Source of the DNA: Prevotella sp.
GTDB taxonomy: Bacteria > Bacteroidota > Bacteroidia > Bacteroidales > Bacteroidaceae
Length of the DNA stretch: 64,000 nt
Direction of reading: 5' to 3'
NCBI GenBank assembly: GCA_017964785.1
Contig: JAGCRH010000132.1
Location: 10,910 to 74,909 of the forward strand
Within the stretch, counting starts at the first letter, position 1, and each line of letters starts with the position of its first letter. The notes beneath the pieces were generated by a model. That model saw nothing but the letters and a program-made list of their open reading frames with translations, was not told the origin of the DNA and made no database searches. Of the stretch, positions 47,724 through 56,224 are shown piece by piece. The translations under genes were made by a program, and so were the position numbers.

Positions 47724-48755
47724 TTAAATCGCCTTTTTTATCTTTCCAAACAACTTCACAACGAAAATAAAAAGAAAGGATGGAAGATGACTCAAAACCC
47801 AAAAGAACAAATTCTCAAACAGTTTGTGACGGAATCGTAGAATTTCCATAATTCCCAACGGGTAAGAAAGGATACTTCTCATCACTGAATATGATATTGC
47901 AGGAGAAATCCGCTGGTAGTACTTTAAAATATAACACACGACATAAAAACTATTCATCTCCAAATTATAGCAATAATCTGGAAGATATATTTTATCACCA
48001 ATTTCCTTACTCTTTCCTTTGAGATAATCTAATACGGAAACATTATCCATAATCTCAGTTTTATTCAATAGTTCTCTATCCTGATAATGTGAAAGAGAGT
48101 CTGGACGGCACAAATAATGATAGGTGATTTTAGAAAGGAGAACAGCCCGTCTGACCTTTGTCACCATTTCGTATGTGAACGCCAAATCTTCCCAAAATAT
48201 GGCATCAATAAAGCGTAACCGATTAGAACGAAGGAATTCAACATTCATCAGGCAGTTACATACAGAAATCTGGAAAGAACTATAGTTTTTAAATGCATAA
48301 AGAGCCATCTCATCATCAGAAGACAAAAAGACATCTGGTAAAACATAAGATTGGATTGGTGAATCTTTGACCATATCTACCCGGTCTAATGAACCATACA
48401 CCACATCTGCCTGTCTTTCATCTATCTTTTCATGCATGCTCTGGATTGTGTCTGGCTCAATTAAATCATCTGAATCCAAAAAATAAATGTAACGCCCTTT
48501 CGCCACATCTAATATCCGATTACGTGTCACGCCAACTCCACTATTCTGTTCGTTATAAAGGATGCGTATATCATTACCTCGTGGATGTTCATGCTGTAAA
48601 CGTTCAACAATATCAATAGAGCCATCTAAACTACCATCATTAATAACAAGATATTCTATACTAGAAAATGTCTGAGCAAGAGCAGACTCCATTGTTTTTT
48701 CTATGTAGTCAACCGCCCTATAAACAGGAATTCCTATGGTTACTTCGTATTGCAT
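47724..48755 (-). CDS. Glycosyltransferase family 2
   Basis: Motifs VTIGIPVY, INDGS.D, N.G.G..RN, FLDSDD and WED. Confidence 0.9.
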   Translation of the reverse strand: MQYEVTIGIPVYRAVDYIEKTMESALAQTFSSIEYLVINDGSLDGSIDIVERLQHEHPRGNDIRILYNEQNSGVGVTRNRILDVAKGRYIYFLDSDDLIEPDTIQSMHEKIDERQADVVYGSLDRVDMVKDSPIQSYVLPDVFLSSDDEMALYAFKNYSSFQISVCNCLMNVEFLRSNRLRFIDAIFWEDLAFTYEMVTKVRRAVLLSKITYHYLCRPDSLSHYQDRELLNKTEIMDNVSVLDYLKGKSKEIGDKIYLPDYCYNLEMNSFYVVCYILKYYQRISPAISYSVMRSILSYPLGIMEILRFRHKLFENLFFWVLSHLPSFLFIFVVKLFGKIKKAI

Positions 48756-49906
48756 GTTAACAATCCCTCAAATAATGACTTCCACTGCTGAGCAATTTGC
48801 TCTATCCTGAATCTTTTCACATTCTTAACAGCATTCTCCGACATCGTTTTCCTTTTTTCATTATTTTGCATTAGGTATATCATATACTCGGCTAGTTTTT
48901 CAATATTACCATTCTCAACTAAAAAGCCATCCTCCTGATGATAAACAATATCCTTGGGACCGCAGGGACAATCAAATGAAATGACAGGGAGACCACAAGC
49001 CATTGCTTCAATCAGTACCATACCAAAGCCTTCGAAACGAGAACTAAAAACGAACAAAGAACTATTCAAATACTCTTGTTTAATATCGTCTGTCGGGCCA
49101 TTCAGATGACATCTGTTTCGGTCAATATGCTGTTTTTCTATAATTTGTTCATAAGGCGTACGGTCACCCATACCATAGATGGCCAATTCCCAATCATTTT
49201 GCTGTTTTTCAACCTTAGCCCATGCCTGAAGTAACAAATCAAAACCTTTCTGATAGACATATCGTCCGACAGCAATGACACGTTTATTCGTCAACGGACT
49301 AACTTTATCAATATCAAATGCCAAAGGATCAGGAATAACCTCCACATTATCCAACTCTTCCCATGAGGCTTTGTCTTCTTCTGTTAAAACGACAAAACGG
49401 TCTAATCTCTTCAGATGTGAAACCAAATTACGCATCCAATATTTGGCAAATATATTCTTTATCGCATTTGAATCTCCTGCCTCAAAATTACGATAGTTTG
49501 CACGATTCACATGGAGTTCACCTATCTTTTTACTGCCGTCTTTTATCTCATTGATAAAGTTAATCTCTCGACGAAGCAAACTTATAGTAATATCTGGGCG
49601 AATACGCATCAGTTCATTAGTTAATTTCTTTTTGAAAATGCGCTGTTTCTTCAGATAAACAAATGCTTTCTTTGCAAAAGAACAAGTCCACAATTGCTCA
49701 AAATTAATATCGAGATTAATCACCTTTATCTTGTCTGAGAGAGGATAGAAAAGAGGCTTGTCTTTCCCTTCTGTCAAAATAATGGTGATATCATAATCCA
49801 AATACTCCACAAAGTAATTGGCCTTTAATGTTAAGACCCGCTCAACACCACCAGCCATATACAATGCAGGTGTGCAATAGACTATCTTTAATGGCCTGTC
49901 TTGCAT
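48740..49906 (-). CDS. Glycosyltransferase family 4
   Basis: Motifs AGGVERV..LKANY, VGRY.YQKGFD and SRFEGFGMVLIEAMACGLPVISFDCPCGP. Confidence 0.9.
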   Translation of the reverse strand: MQDRPLKIVYCTPALYMAGGVERVLTLKANYFVEYLDYDITIILTEGKDKPLFYPLSDKIKVINLDINFEQLWTCSFAKKAFVYLKKQRIFKKKLTNELMRIRPDITISLLRREINFINEIKDGSKKIGELHVNRANYRNFEAGDSNAIKNIFAKYWMRNLVSHLKRLDRFVVLTEEDKASWEELDNVEVIPDPLAFDIDKVSPLTNKRVIAVGRYVYQKGFDLLLQAWAKVEKQQNDWELAIYGMGDRTPYEQIIEKQHIDRNRCHLNGPTDDIKQEYLNSSLFVFSSRFEGFGMVLIEAMACGLPVISFDCPCGPKDIVYHQEDGFLVENGNIEKLAEYMIYLMQNNEKRKTMSENAVKNVKRFRIEQIAQQWKSLFEGLLTCNTK

Positions 49907-49925
49907 AAATAACATATATTTTTTG

Positions 49926-49974
49926 CAAATGTACAAATATTATTTGATAAATCCAAATATTTTTAGTATTTTTG
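49926..49974. promoter_or_regulatory. Overlapping divergent sigma-A promoters
   Basis: Plus strand: TTTG 49943-49946, 20 nt, TATTTTTG 49967-49974. Minus strand: TTTG 49957-49954, 20 nt, TACATTTG 49933-49926. Confidence 0.72.
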
Positions 49975-49998
49975 CATCGACAAAAGTAATGAATCGCG

Positions 49999-50589
49999 AT
50001 GAATAACGAGGAGATCAGAGGGAAATTCAAGAACAATCCGAGGTTGAAGAGGCTGGTGGACTGGCTGATCATGAACCCCGTGCAGACACGACCGAGATGG
50101 TATGTCCGCATGCTGGCACCGCTCTATCAGCACCGGGGGAAACACTCGAAGATTCATCGTTCTGTACGAATGGACACTCCACCCTACCGCAAATTTTCAT
50201 TGGGCGATTATAGTGTTGTAGAGTCATATGGTTGTATTAATAATGCCGTGGGGGATGTTATCATCGGCGACCATACTCGGGTAGGACTGCACAACACAGT
50301 AATCGGGCCAGTGACGATTGGCAGTCATGTGAATCTGGCTCAGGGCATCACAGTCACGGCACTCAACCACAACTTCACAGAAAAAGGTCTGAGGATTGAT
50401 GAACAGGGGGTATCGACAAATCCCGTTACCATTGGAGATGATATTTGGATTGGAGCCAATGCTGTCATCCTGCCTGGCGTGACGATAGGAGATCACTCGG
50501 TGGTAGCCGCTGGCGCAGTAGTAACCAAGGACGTGCCGCCACACACACTGGTGGCTGGCGTGCCCGCTAAAATAATCAAGACATTATGA
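49999..50589 (+). CDS. Hexapeptide-repeat (LbH) O-acetyltransferase
   Basis: Motifs IGD.TRVG and NH.F, then [23 protein letters not shown]...[13 protein letters not shown]...VAGVPAK. Confidence 0.92.
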   Translation: MNNEEIRGKFKNNPRLKRLVDWLIMNPVQTRPRWYVRMLAPLYQHRGKHSKIHRSVRMDTPPYRKFSLGDYSVVESYGCINNAVGDVIIGDHTRVGLHNTVIGPVTIGSHVNLAQGITVTALNHNFTEKGLRIDEQGVSTNPVTIGDDIWIGANAVILPGVTIGDHSVVAAGAVVTKDVPPHTLVAGVPAKIIKTL

Positions 50590-51710
50590 GAATCGGAATT
50601 GAAGCACAGAGGATTTTCAGAAAAAACAAGCACGGCATGGACTATGTGGTGTTGCAAGAGGTTAAGGAACTTCAGAAGATGGACACTAAGAATGAATACT
50701 TTGTGTTTGTGGCTCCGGGCGAAGATCGCTGTCTTCAAGACTCGCACAATGTTCATGTTTTTGAGATTGGCAATGGCATTTATCCCCTTTGGGAGCAGTA
50801 TTCCCTGCCAATGGCTGTCAGAGAATTGAACCTTGACGTATTGCATTGTACGAGTAATACGGCACCCCTCTGGTGCAAGGTCCCAATCATCCTGACGCTT
50901 CATGACATTATCTTCCTGGAACCAAGGGACCGGATGAACGAGTCCATCTACCAGAACATGGGCTGGTACTACCGCAAGATGGTGGTACCTAAGATCCTTA
51001 AGAAATGTAAGCGTATCATTACAGTATCGAACTTTGAAAAAAACAACATTGTCAATACGCTTGGCATTCCGGAGGAGAAAATTGCCATGATCTACAACGG
51101 CTACACAGACTGGTTCATGTCTTTAGAGGATATAGAGTCTGTCTACCGGAAATACATCGATGATCCTGATTATTTCTTCTTCCTTGGCAATACTGATCCA
51201 AAAAAGAATACAGAACGGACGCTCATTGCCTACTCTAAATATTTAGAGAAATCGGATGTCAAGCGGAAGTTGTTGATGGCGGATCTCGACAAACAGTACC
51301 TGAATTATATCATTGAACGGAATCATATTGAGAATATCCGTGACATGATTGTCATGCCCGGCTATATTGAGAACAAGGACTTACCTTATATATATAATAA
51401 TGCCTTCGCATTTCTCTACCCATCACTGAGGGAGAGTTTCGGTATCCCGCTGTTGGAGGCAATGGCCTGTGGCACACCAGTCATCACGTCCAACACCTCG
51501 TCGATGCCGGAAATCGGAGGACCGAATGCCATCCTGATCAACCCGGAGAATCCTGACGAGATTACAGAGAAGATGCTGCAATTAGAGAATGATCAAGAGT
51601 TCTATAGCCGACAGGAAGAAATAGGACTGCATCAGGCTTCGCTGTTCTCCTGGCGACAGACAGCAGAACAGTTGCTGGAATTATACGAGGACGTCTATAA
51701 GGAAATCTGA
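50586..51710 (+). CDS. Glycosyltransferase family 4 (mannosyltransferase-like)
   Basis: Motifs TLHD.IF, IITVS, PKKN, and [31 protein letters not shown]. Confidence 0.92.
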   Translation: MRIGIEAQRIFRKNKHGMDYVVLQEVKELQKMDTKNEYFVFVAPGEDRCLQDSHNVHVFEIGNGIYPLWEQYSLPMAVRELNLDVLHCTSNTAPLWCKVPIILTLHDIIFLEPRDRMNESIYQNMGWYYRKMVVPKILKKCKRIITVSNFEKNNIVNTLGIPEEKIAMIYNGYTDWFMSLEDIESVYRKYIDDPDYFFFLGNTDPKKNTERTLIAYSKYLEKSDVKRKLLMADLDKQYLNYIIERNHIENIRDMIVMPGYIENKDLPYIYNNAFAFLYPSLRESFGIPLLEAMACGTPVITSNTSSMPEIGGPNAILINPENPDEITEKMLQLENDQEFYSRQEEIGLHQASLFSWRQTAEQLLELYEDVYKEI

Positions 51711-51723
51711 CTAGAAATAGAAA

Positions 51724-52059
51724 TCAGTCAAATAGACTCAATGAGAGATCCACCGAGGGTCTCTCTTCTTTTTCTTCTGCCGCAGGTTCACGAAACGCCA
51801 ACAGAAGTTGACGGGCGTCGGCATTATTCTGGGTGTTCAGACGGTAATAGCCACGACGACCCGTACTTTCTATCAGTGACTGGGCAGATTTGGAGTTTTT
51901 CAGAAGATACTGCTGGACATAAGACCGGATCTCTTCTATCTCTGGCGAAGAAAACAAGGTGGAGTTCATGTTATAGAGATGCTTGACCAACAACTGGATG
52001 TTGATGCCCTTCTCTCCTACCTCGGTAAGAATCTGCAGTATCTGACGGTCGTATGTCAT
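51724..52059 (-). CDS. Small hypothetical protein (possibly winged-helix)
   Basis: 111-aa ORF that fills the gap between neighbours, with host-like codons. The IL.IL...G...I and GRRGYYRL pattern suggests a wHTH fold. Confidence 0.65.
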   Translation of the reverse strand: MTYDRQILQILTEVGEKGINIQLLVKHLYNMNSTLFSSPEIEEIRSYVQQYLLKNSKSAQSLIESTGRRGYYRLNTQNNADARQLLLAFREPAAEEKEERPSVDLSLSLFD

Positions 52060-52066
52060 AATGACT

Positions 52067-52106
52067 AAAAAAGGTCGGTAAAACCAGTGCTTACCGACCT
52101 TCTTTT
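52067..52106 (-). terminator. Intrinsic terminator downstream of the DUF2582-like gene
   Basis: Stem aaggtcggtaa / ttaccgacctt with A/T tails on both sides. Confidence 0.75.
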
Positions 52107-52123
52107 ATTCTACGTTAATGGAC

Positions 52124-52435
52124 TTATGCCAATGTAACTTTCTCTCCATCGTTAGCAAGTTTGCCCTCCTTGAAGAGCCAACCCAGACCAAGAAGAGTCT
52201 CCTCCTCTGAAATCTTTGCAGCCTTAGCAATCTCCTTAACGGTGAGAGCCTTACCTGCTGCTGCCAGAGCCTGATAAACATCTCCTGCCTTAAAACCAGC
52301 ATTCTCAGCATTCACGGTGAGAACAGACTTAGCGGCTGCCTTAGGAGCAGCGGCCTTCTTAACGGTTGTGGTCTTCTTAGCGGCGACTGCCTTTGTTTCG
52401 GTAGCCTTCTTCGCTGTTGCTTTCTTTTCTGCCAT
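52124..52435 (-). CDS. Winged-helix DUF2582-like protein with an Ala/Lys-rich histone-like N-terminus
   Basis: C-terminal G..AG.VY.AL...LT..EI...........LGWL.KEGK; N-terminal AKK/KAA repeats; -7 box TACTTTTG at 52497-52504. Confidence 0.75.
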   Translation of the reverse strand: MAEKKATAKKATETKAVAAKKTTTVKKAAAPKAAAKSVLTVNAENAGFKAGDVYQALAAAGKALTVKEIAKAAKISEEETLLGLGWLFKEGKLANDGEKVTLA

Positions 52436-52559
52436 AATACTTATAAAATTAATACTCTAGTTTGAAGATTTATCCTTCTATCAAATTTTTCGAGTGCAAA
52501 AGTAACACTTATTTTTGATACAAATGACTGATTATTAGGCATTTTTAGCAAAATGTCAA

Positions 52560-54320
52560 TTATTCTTGATGTAAGTCAATCTTCAACTGCAACTCTTCCA
52601 GTTGTTTCGGGTCTAACTCACCAGGGGCATCCAGCATCACATCACGGCCACTATTGTTCTTCGGGAAAGCGATACAATCACGAATACTGTCGAGGCCAGC
52701 CATCAAGGATACAAAGCGGTCGAGACCGAAAGCAAGACCGGCGTGAGGCGGTGCACCGTACTTGAAGGCGTTGATGAGGAAACCGAACTGGGCCATCGCA
52801 CGCTCGGGGGTAAAGCCAAGAATCTGGAACATCTTTTCCTGCAGTTTTCCATCATGGATACGAAGGGAACCGCCGCCAACTTCGACACCATTGCAGACAA
52901 AGTCATAGGCCACAGCACGAACTTTTTCCGGGGCTGTATCCAACAAAGGAATATCATCCGGATTCGGCATGGTAAACGGATGGTGAGTTGCCATCAGACG
53001 CTGTTCCTCATCACTCCACTCAAAGAGCGGGAAATCAACAATCCACAGACAGACAAAGGTATCCTTGTCACGCAGTCCAAGACGGTCGCCCATCTCCAGA
53101 CGGAGGGTACAGAGTTGGATGCGGGTCTTATTGGCATTGTCTCCAGAAAGGATGAGTACGAGGTCACCATCTTTGGCACCCATGGCATCCTTCACCTTTG
53201 CCCATACTTCGGGCGTATAGAACTTGTCGATGCTCGACTTGACTGTTCCATCCTCATTGAACTTCACATAGACCAAACCCTTGGCACCTACCTGCGGACG
53301 CTTTACAAAGTCTGTCAACTCATCGAGTTGCTTACGGGAATAGTTAGCACAGCCAGGCACACAGATACCACCGATATAGTTGGCATCATTAAAGACGGGG
53401 AAGGTGCCCGTGCCTTTCAGCACATCCATCAGTTCCACGAACTCCATACCGAAACGAAGGTCGGGCTTGTCGGAACCAAAGCGACGCATGGCCTCATGCC
53501 AGGTCATCCGCTGCAATGGGGGCAGTTCCACACCACGTACCTCCTTAAAGAGGTGACGGGCCATATCCTCAAAGAGTTGGAGCACATCTTCCTGTTCCAC
53601 AAACGACATCTCACAGTCAATCTGCGTAAACTCTGGCTGACGGTCGGCACGAAGGTCCTCATCACGGAAACATTTGGCAATCTGGAAATAACGGTCGAAG
53701 CCTGACACCATCAGGAGTTGCTTCAATGTCTGGGGCGACTGAGGCAGGGCATAAAACTGTCCGGGATTCATACGGGAAGGAACCACAAAGTCGCGAGCGC
53801 CCTCTGGTGTAGAACCAATCAAGATTGGTGTCTCTACTTCGATGAAGTCCTTGCCATCGAGGAAGTTACGGATCAGGATGGTCATACGGTGACGCAACTC
53901 AAGGTTCTTACGGACGGCTGCACGACGAAGGTCCAGATAACGGTATTTCATACGGATATCATCACCGCCATCGGTATTATCCTCAATGGTGAAGGGAGGT
54001 GTCTGACTCTCGCTCAACACGTTCAATTCTTTTACCAAAATCTCGATATCACCCGTTGGCATCTTCGGGTTCTTGCTCTGACGCTCACTGACCTCACCCT
54101 TGACCTGAATACAGAACTCACGGCCCAGTTTGTTAGCACGCTCACAGAGTTCAGCATCATCAGCCTCATTGAAAACCAACTGCGTCAGTCCATAACGGTC
54201 ACGAAGATCGACGAAGGTCATACCACCCATCTTACGACTCCGCTGCACCCATCCGGCGAGTGTTACTATGCTGCCGGCATCTGAGAACCGAAGTTCTCCA
54301 CAAGTCTTACTTCTATACAT
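52560..54320 (-). CDS. aspS: Aspartate--tRNA ligase
   Basis: Motifs [63 protein letters not shown] and GAPPHAG.A.GLDR; -7 box TAATTTTG at 54350-54357. Confidence 0.98.
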   Translation of the reverse strand: MYRSKTCGELRFSDAGSIVTLAGWVQRSRKMGGMTFVDLRDRYGLTQLVFNEADDAELCERANKLGREFCIQVKGEVSERQSKNPKMPTGDIEILVKELNVLSESQTPPFTIEDNTDGGDDIRMKYRYLDLRRAAVRKNLELRHRMTILIRNFLDGKDFIEVETPILIGSTPEGARDFVVPSRMNPGQFYALPQSPQTLKQLLMVSGFDRYFQIAKCFRDEDLRADRQPEFTQIDCEMSFVEQEDVLQLFEDMARHLFKEVRGVELPPLQRMTWHEAMRRFGSDKPDLRFGMEFVELMDVLKGTGTFPVFNDANYIGGICVPGCANYSRKQLDELTDFVKRPQVGAKGLVYVKFNEDGTVKSSIDKFYTPEVWAKVKDAMGAKDGDLVLILSGDNANKTRIQLCTLRLEMGDRLGLRDKDTFVCLWIVDFPLFEWSDEEQRLMATHHPFTMPNPDDIPLLDTAPEKVRAVAYDFVCNGVEVGGGSLRIHDGKLQEKMFQILGFTPERAMAQFGFLINAFKYGAPPHAGLAFGLDRFVSLMAGLDSIRDCIAFPKNNSGRDVMLDAPGELDPKQLEELQLKIDLHQE

Positions 54321-54383
54321 ATTTAATTGCTATTTATTCATTTGAGGTGCAAAATTACATAATTTCTGTGAAATAAATGGCGA

Positions 54384-54411
54384 ATTTATCATTTATCACT
54401 TATCATTTATC
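54384..54411 (+). repeat. Heptamer tandem repeat (ATTTATC x4, one variant) just upstream of the -7 box at 54422-54429
   Basis: atttatc-atttatc-acttatc-atttatc. Confidence 0.8.
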
Positions 54412-54459
54412 ATTTTTTTATTATCTTTGCCGCAGAAATTCATTAAAAACTATTCGAAT

Positions 54460-54843
54460 ATGAAGAAGATTCTAGTTATGACATTGATGCTCATCTGCGG
54501 AATGACTTCCGCGATGGCCCAAGAGATTAAGTTTGACAAACTGACGCATAACTTCGGTACATTCTCAGAGAAAGATCCCGTGGTGACCTGTGTGTTTACC
54601 TTTACGAATGTTGGAGATGCACCTCTGATTATCAACCAAGCAGTAGCCAGTTGTGGTTGTACCGTGCCAGAATACACGAAGACCCCTATCAACCCCGGTG
54701 AGAAGGGAGAGATCAAGGTAACCTACAATGGCACTGGTAAGTTCCCCGGACACTTCAAGAAATCCATCACGGTACGTACCAATGGAAAAGTAGAAATGAC
54801 CCGCCTCTATATCGAAGGAGATATGACTGAAGCAAAAGAATAA
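54460..54843 (+). CDS. DUF1573 (Ig-like) secreted protein
   Basis: Signal peptide, then F.FTN.G..PL.I..A.ASCGCT.P and PI.PG..G.I.V.Y. Confidence 0.85.
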   Translation: MKKILVMTLMLICGMTSAMAQEIKFDKLTHNFGTFSEKDPVVTCVFTFTNVGDAPLIINQAVASCGCTVPEYTKTPINPGEKGEIKVTYNGTGKFPGHFKKSITVRTNGKVEMTRLYIEGDMTEAKE

Positions 54844-54877
54844 CGAAATGCCCCGCTGATGAGCGGGGCATTTCGTT
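54842..54877. terminator. Bidirectional intrinsic terminator
   Basis: aacgaaatgccccgct-gatg-agcggggcatttcgtt is a perfect 16-bp stem between convergent genes. Confidence 0.88.
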
Positions 54878-56074
54878 TTAGAATGTATAGTTGAAACCTA
54901 TCGAACTATATTCCTTAAACTGCCAGTAGCCATGATCGTCATCCCTCATGCCTGCATCGTCGAAACGGGGATATAGGAAGATATTGGCACTGATATACTT
55001 ACTGACCTGAATGGCAAAGGTGTTTTCCCACTCTATCTCCATACGCTTATAAGAAGTAAAGGCATAGAAACGACTCTTCCATTTGATCACCTCGTTCAGT
55101 TTCCATTCCAGATCGGCAGTCACCTGAGAACCGACATCAAGTAACGAATGTTTCCCATTGTCTATACCATAACGCGAAGGGAACCAGTCCGTCCCGTTGA
55201 AATAGGAACGGTCCACATAACGATAGTTCACGGCAATAGGCGACAAGTTGACTGTTCCTGTCAGTTTCTTGTCAAAAGCCTCTACCTTATAGTCCATACC
55301 AAGACCAAGGTTCAGGTTGAATGGGGACATAAAGTCTGAATAAGTCTTTTCGTCATTGGCCTTAAGACCTCTCGTAAACTGGGTATAGGCAAGCAACTGA
55401 AGGGTATAATACCATTTTTTCGTTGCTTCCAAGCCTACCTTACCCGTATAACGAATCAGGTCTTCGTTTGATTTGAACTTATGTACCGAATCAGTACGGG
55501 TGCGCTGGAAACCAAGTTTCATCTCCAGTTTATTGTCCCACTTCCACTTATTCTTATTATCATAATTTGCCTCAAGTGTCAGAGCACCCACCATCGAGTA
55601 GTTAGACTCACCGCCCTTGTACCAGTTGGCAGACACAAAATTCTGCATAAACTGCAGAAAGCCATCCCCCTTCTTAGTCCAGAACTTGGGTTTTTCAACG
55701 ACCACGCCAATGGGGGCGTCATCAGGCGTATCGATGACAGGCGCCTCCACCCGTTGGACATATTCCACCTTCTGTTCGATGGGCTGATCCACATCCTCGC
55801 GGATACCACCAGTCTCCTGGAGTTCCGACTCATTGCTCTCCACCAAGTCAGGGCGATTTAGATAAACATTGAGCAGGGCAGCATCTACGGCATCCGCCAC
55901 CTGATCCTTACCGGCCGATTCAGAGTTAAGAGCCAACGACTTATCGGCTACATTGTGATAAAATGTCAGCGGCGCGAACAGACGGTAATACCGTCCGTCG
56001 TTACTGTCATTCTCCTGTGCGGCGCTTGCGCTGAGCACTAAGACTGCCGCGAAAAATAATGTAAGTTTTCTCAT
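54878..56074 (-). CDS. DUF3078-like outer-membrane beta-barrel protein
   Basis: Signal peptide from MRKLTLFF (ATG 56074), Q...S.NWYKGGE.N motif, amphipathic strands and a C-terminal aromatic residue (GFNYTF). Confidence 0.78.
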   Translation of the reverse strand: MRKLTLFFAAVLVLSASAAQENDSNDGRYYRLFAPLTFYHNVADKSLALNSESAGKDQVADAVDAALLNVYLNRPDLVESNESELQETGGIREDVDQPIEQKVEYVQRVEAPVIDTPDDAPIGVVVEKPKFWTKKGDGFLQFMQNFVSANWYKGGESNYSMVGALTLEANYDNKNKWKWDNKLEMKLGFQRTRTDSVHKFKSNEDLIRYTGKVGLEATKKWYYTLQLLAYTQFTRGLKANDEKTYSDFMSPFNLNLGLGMDYKVEAFDKKLTGTVNLSPIAVNYRYVDRSYFNGTDWFPSRYGIDNGKHSLLDVGSQVTADLEWKLNEVIKWKSRFYAFTSYKRMEIEWENTFAIQVSKYISANIFLYPRFDDAGMRDDDHGYWQFKEYSSIGFNYTF

Positions 56075-56097
56075 AACTAGGTGCAAAGATACATAAA

Positions 56098-56125
56098 AAA
56101 GTGAAATGTGAAAAGTGAAAAGTGA
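56098..56125 (-). repeat. Heptamer tandem repeat (TCACTTT x4 on the minus strand) just upstream of the -7 box at 56084-56091
   Basis: The plus strand reads aaagtga-aatgtga-aaagtga-aaagtga. Confidence 0.8.
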
Positions 56126-56224
56126 ATAATTTGCTGCCGCCATAGCATTTTTTCTTATTTTTTTAGTACCTTTGCACCTTGATTGTAAATACATTAATAA
56201 ATTAAGGAAACAAAAGCATTAAAA

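Noticed and set aside
52743-54284. 320-aa and 188-aa ORFs antisense to aspS
   Set aside because: Antisense shadows of a highly biased housekeeping gene; no recognisable domains.
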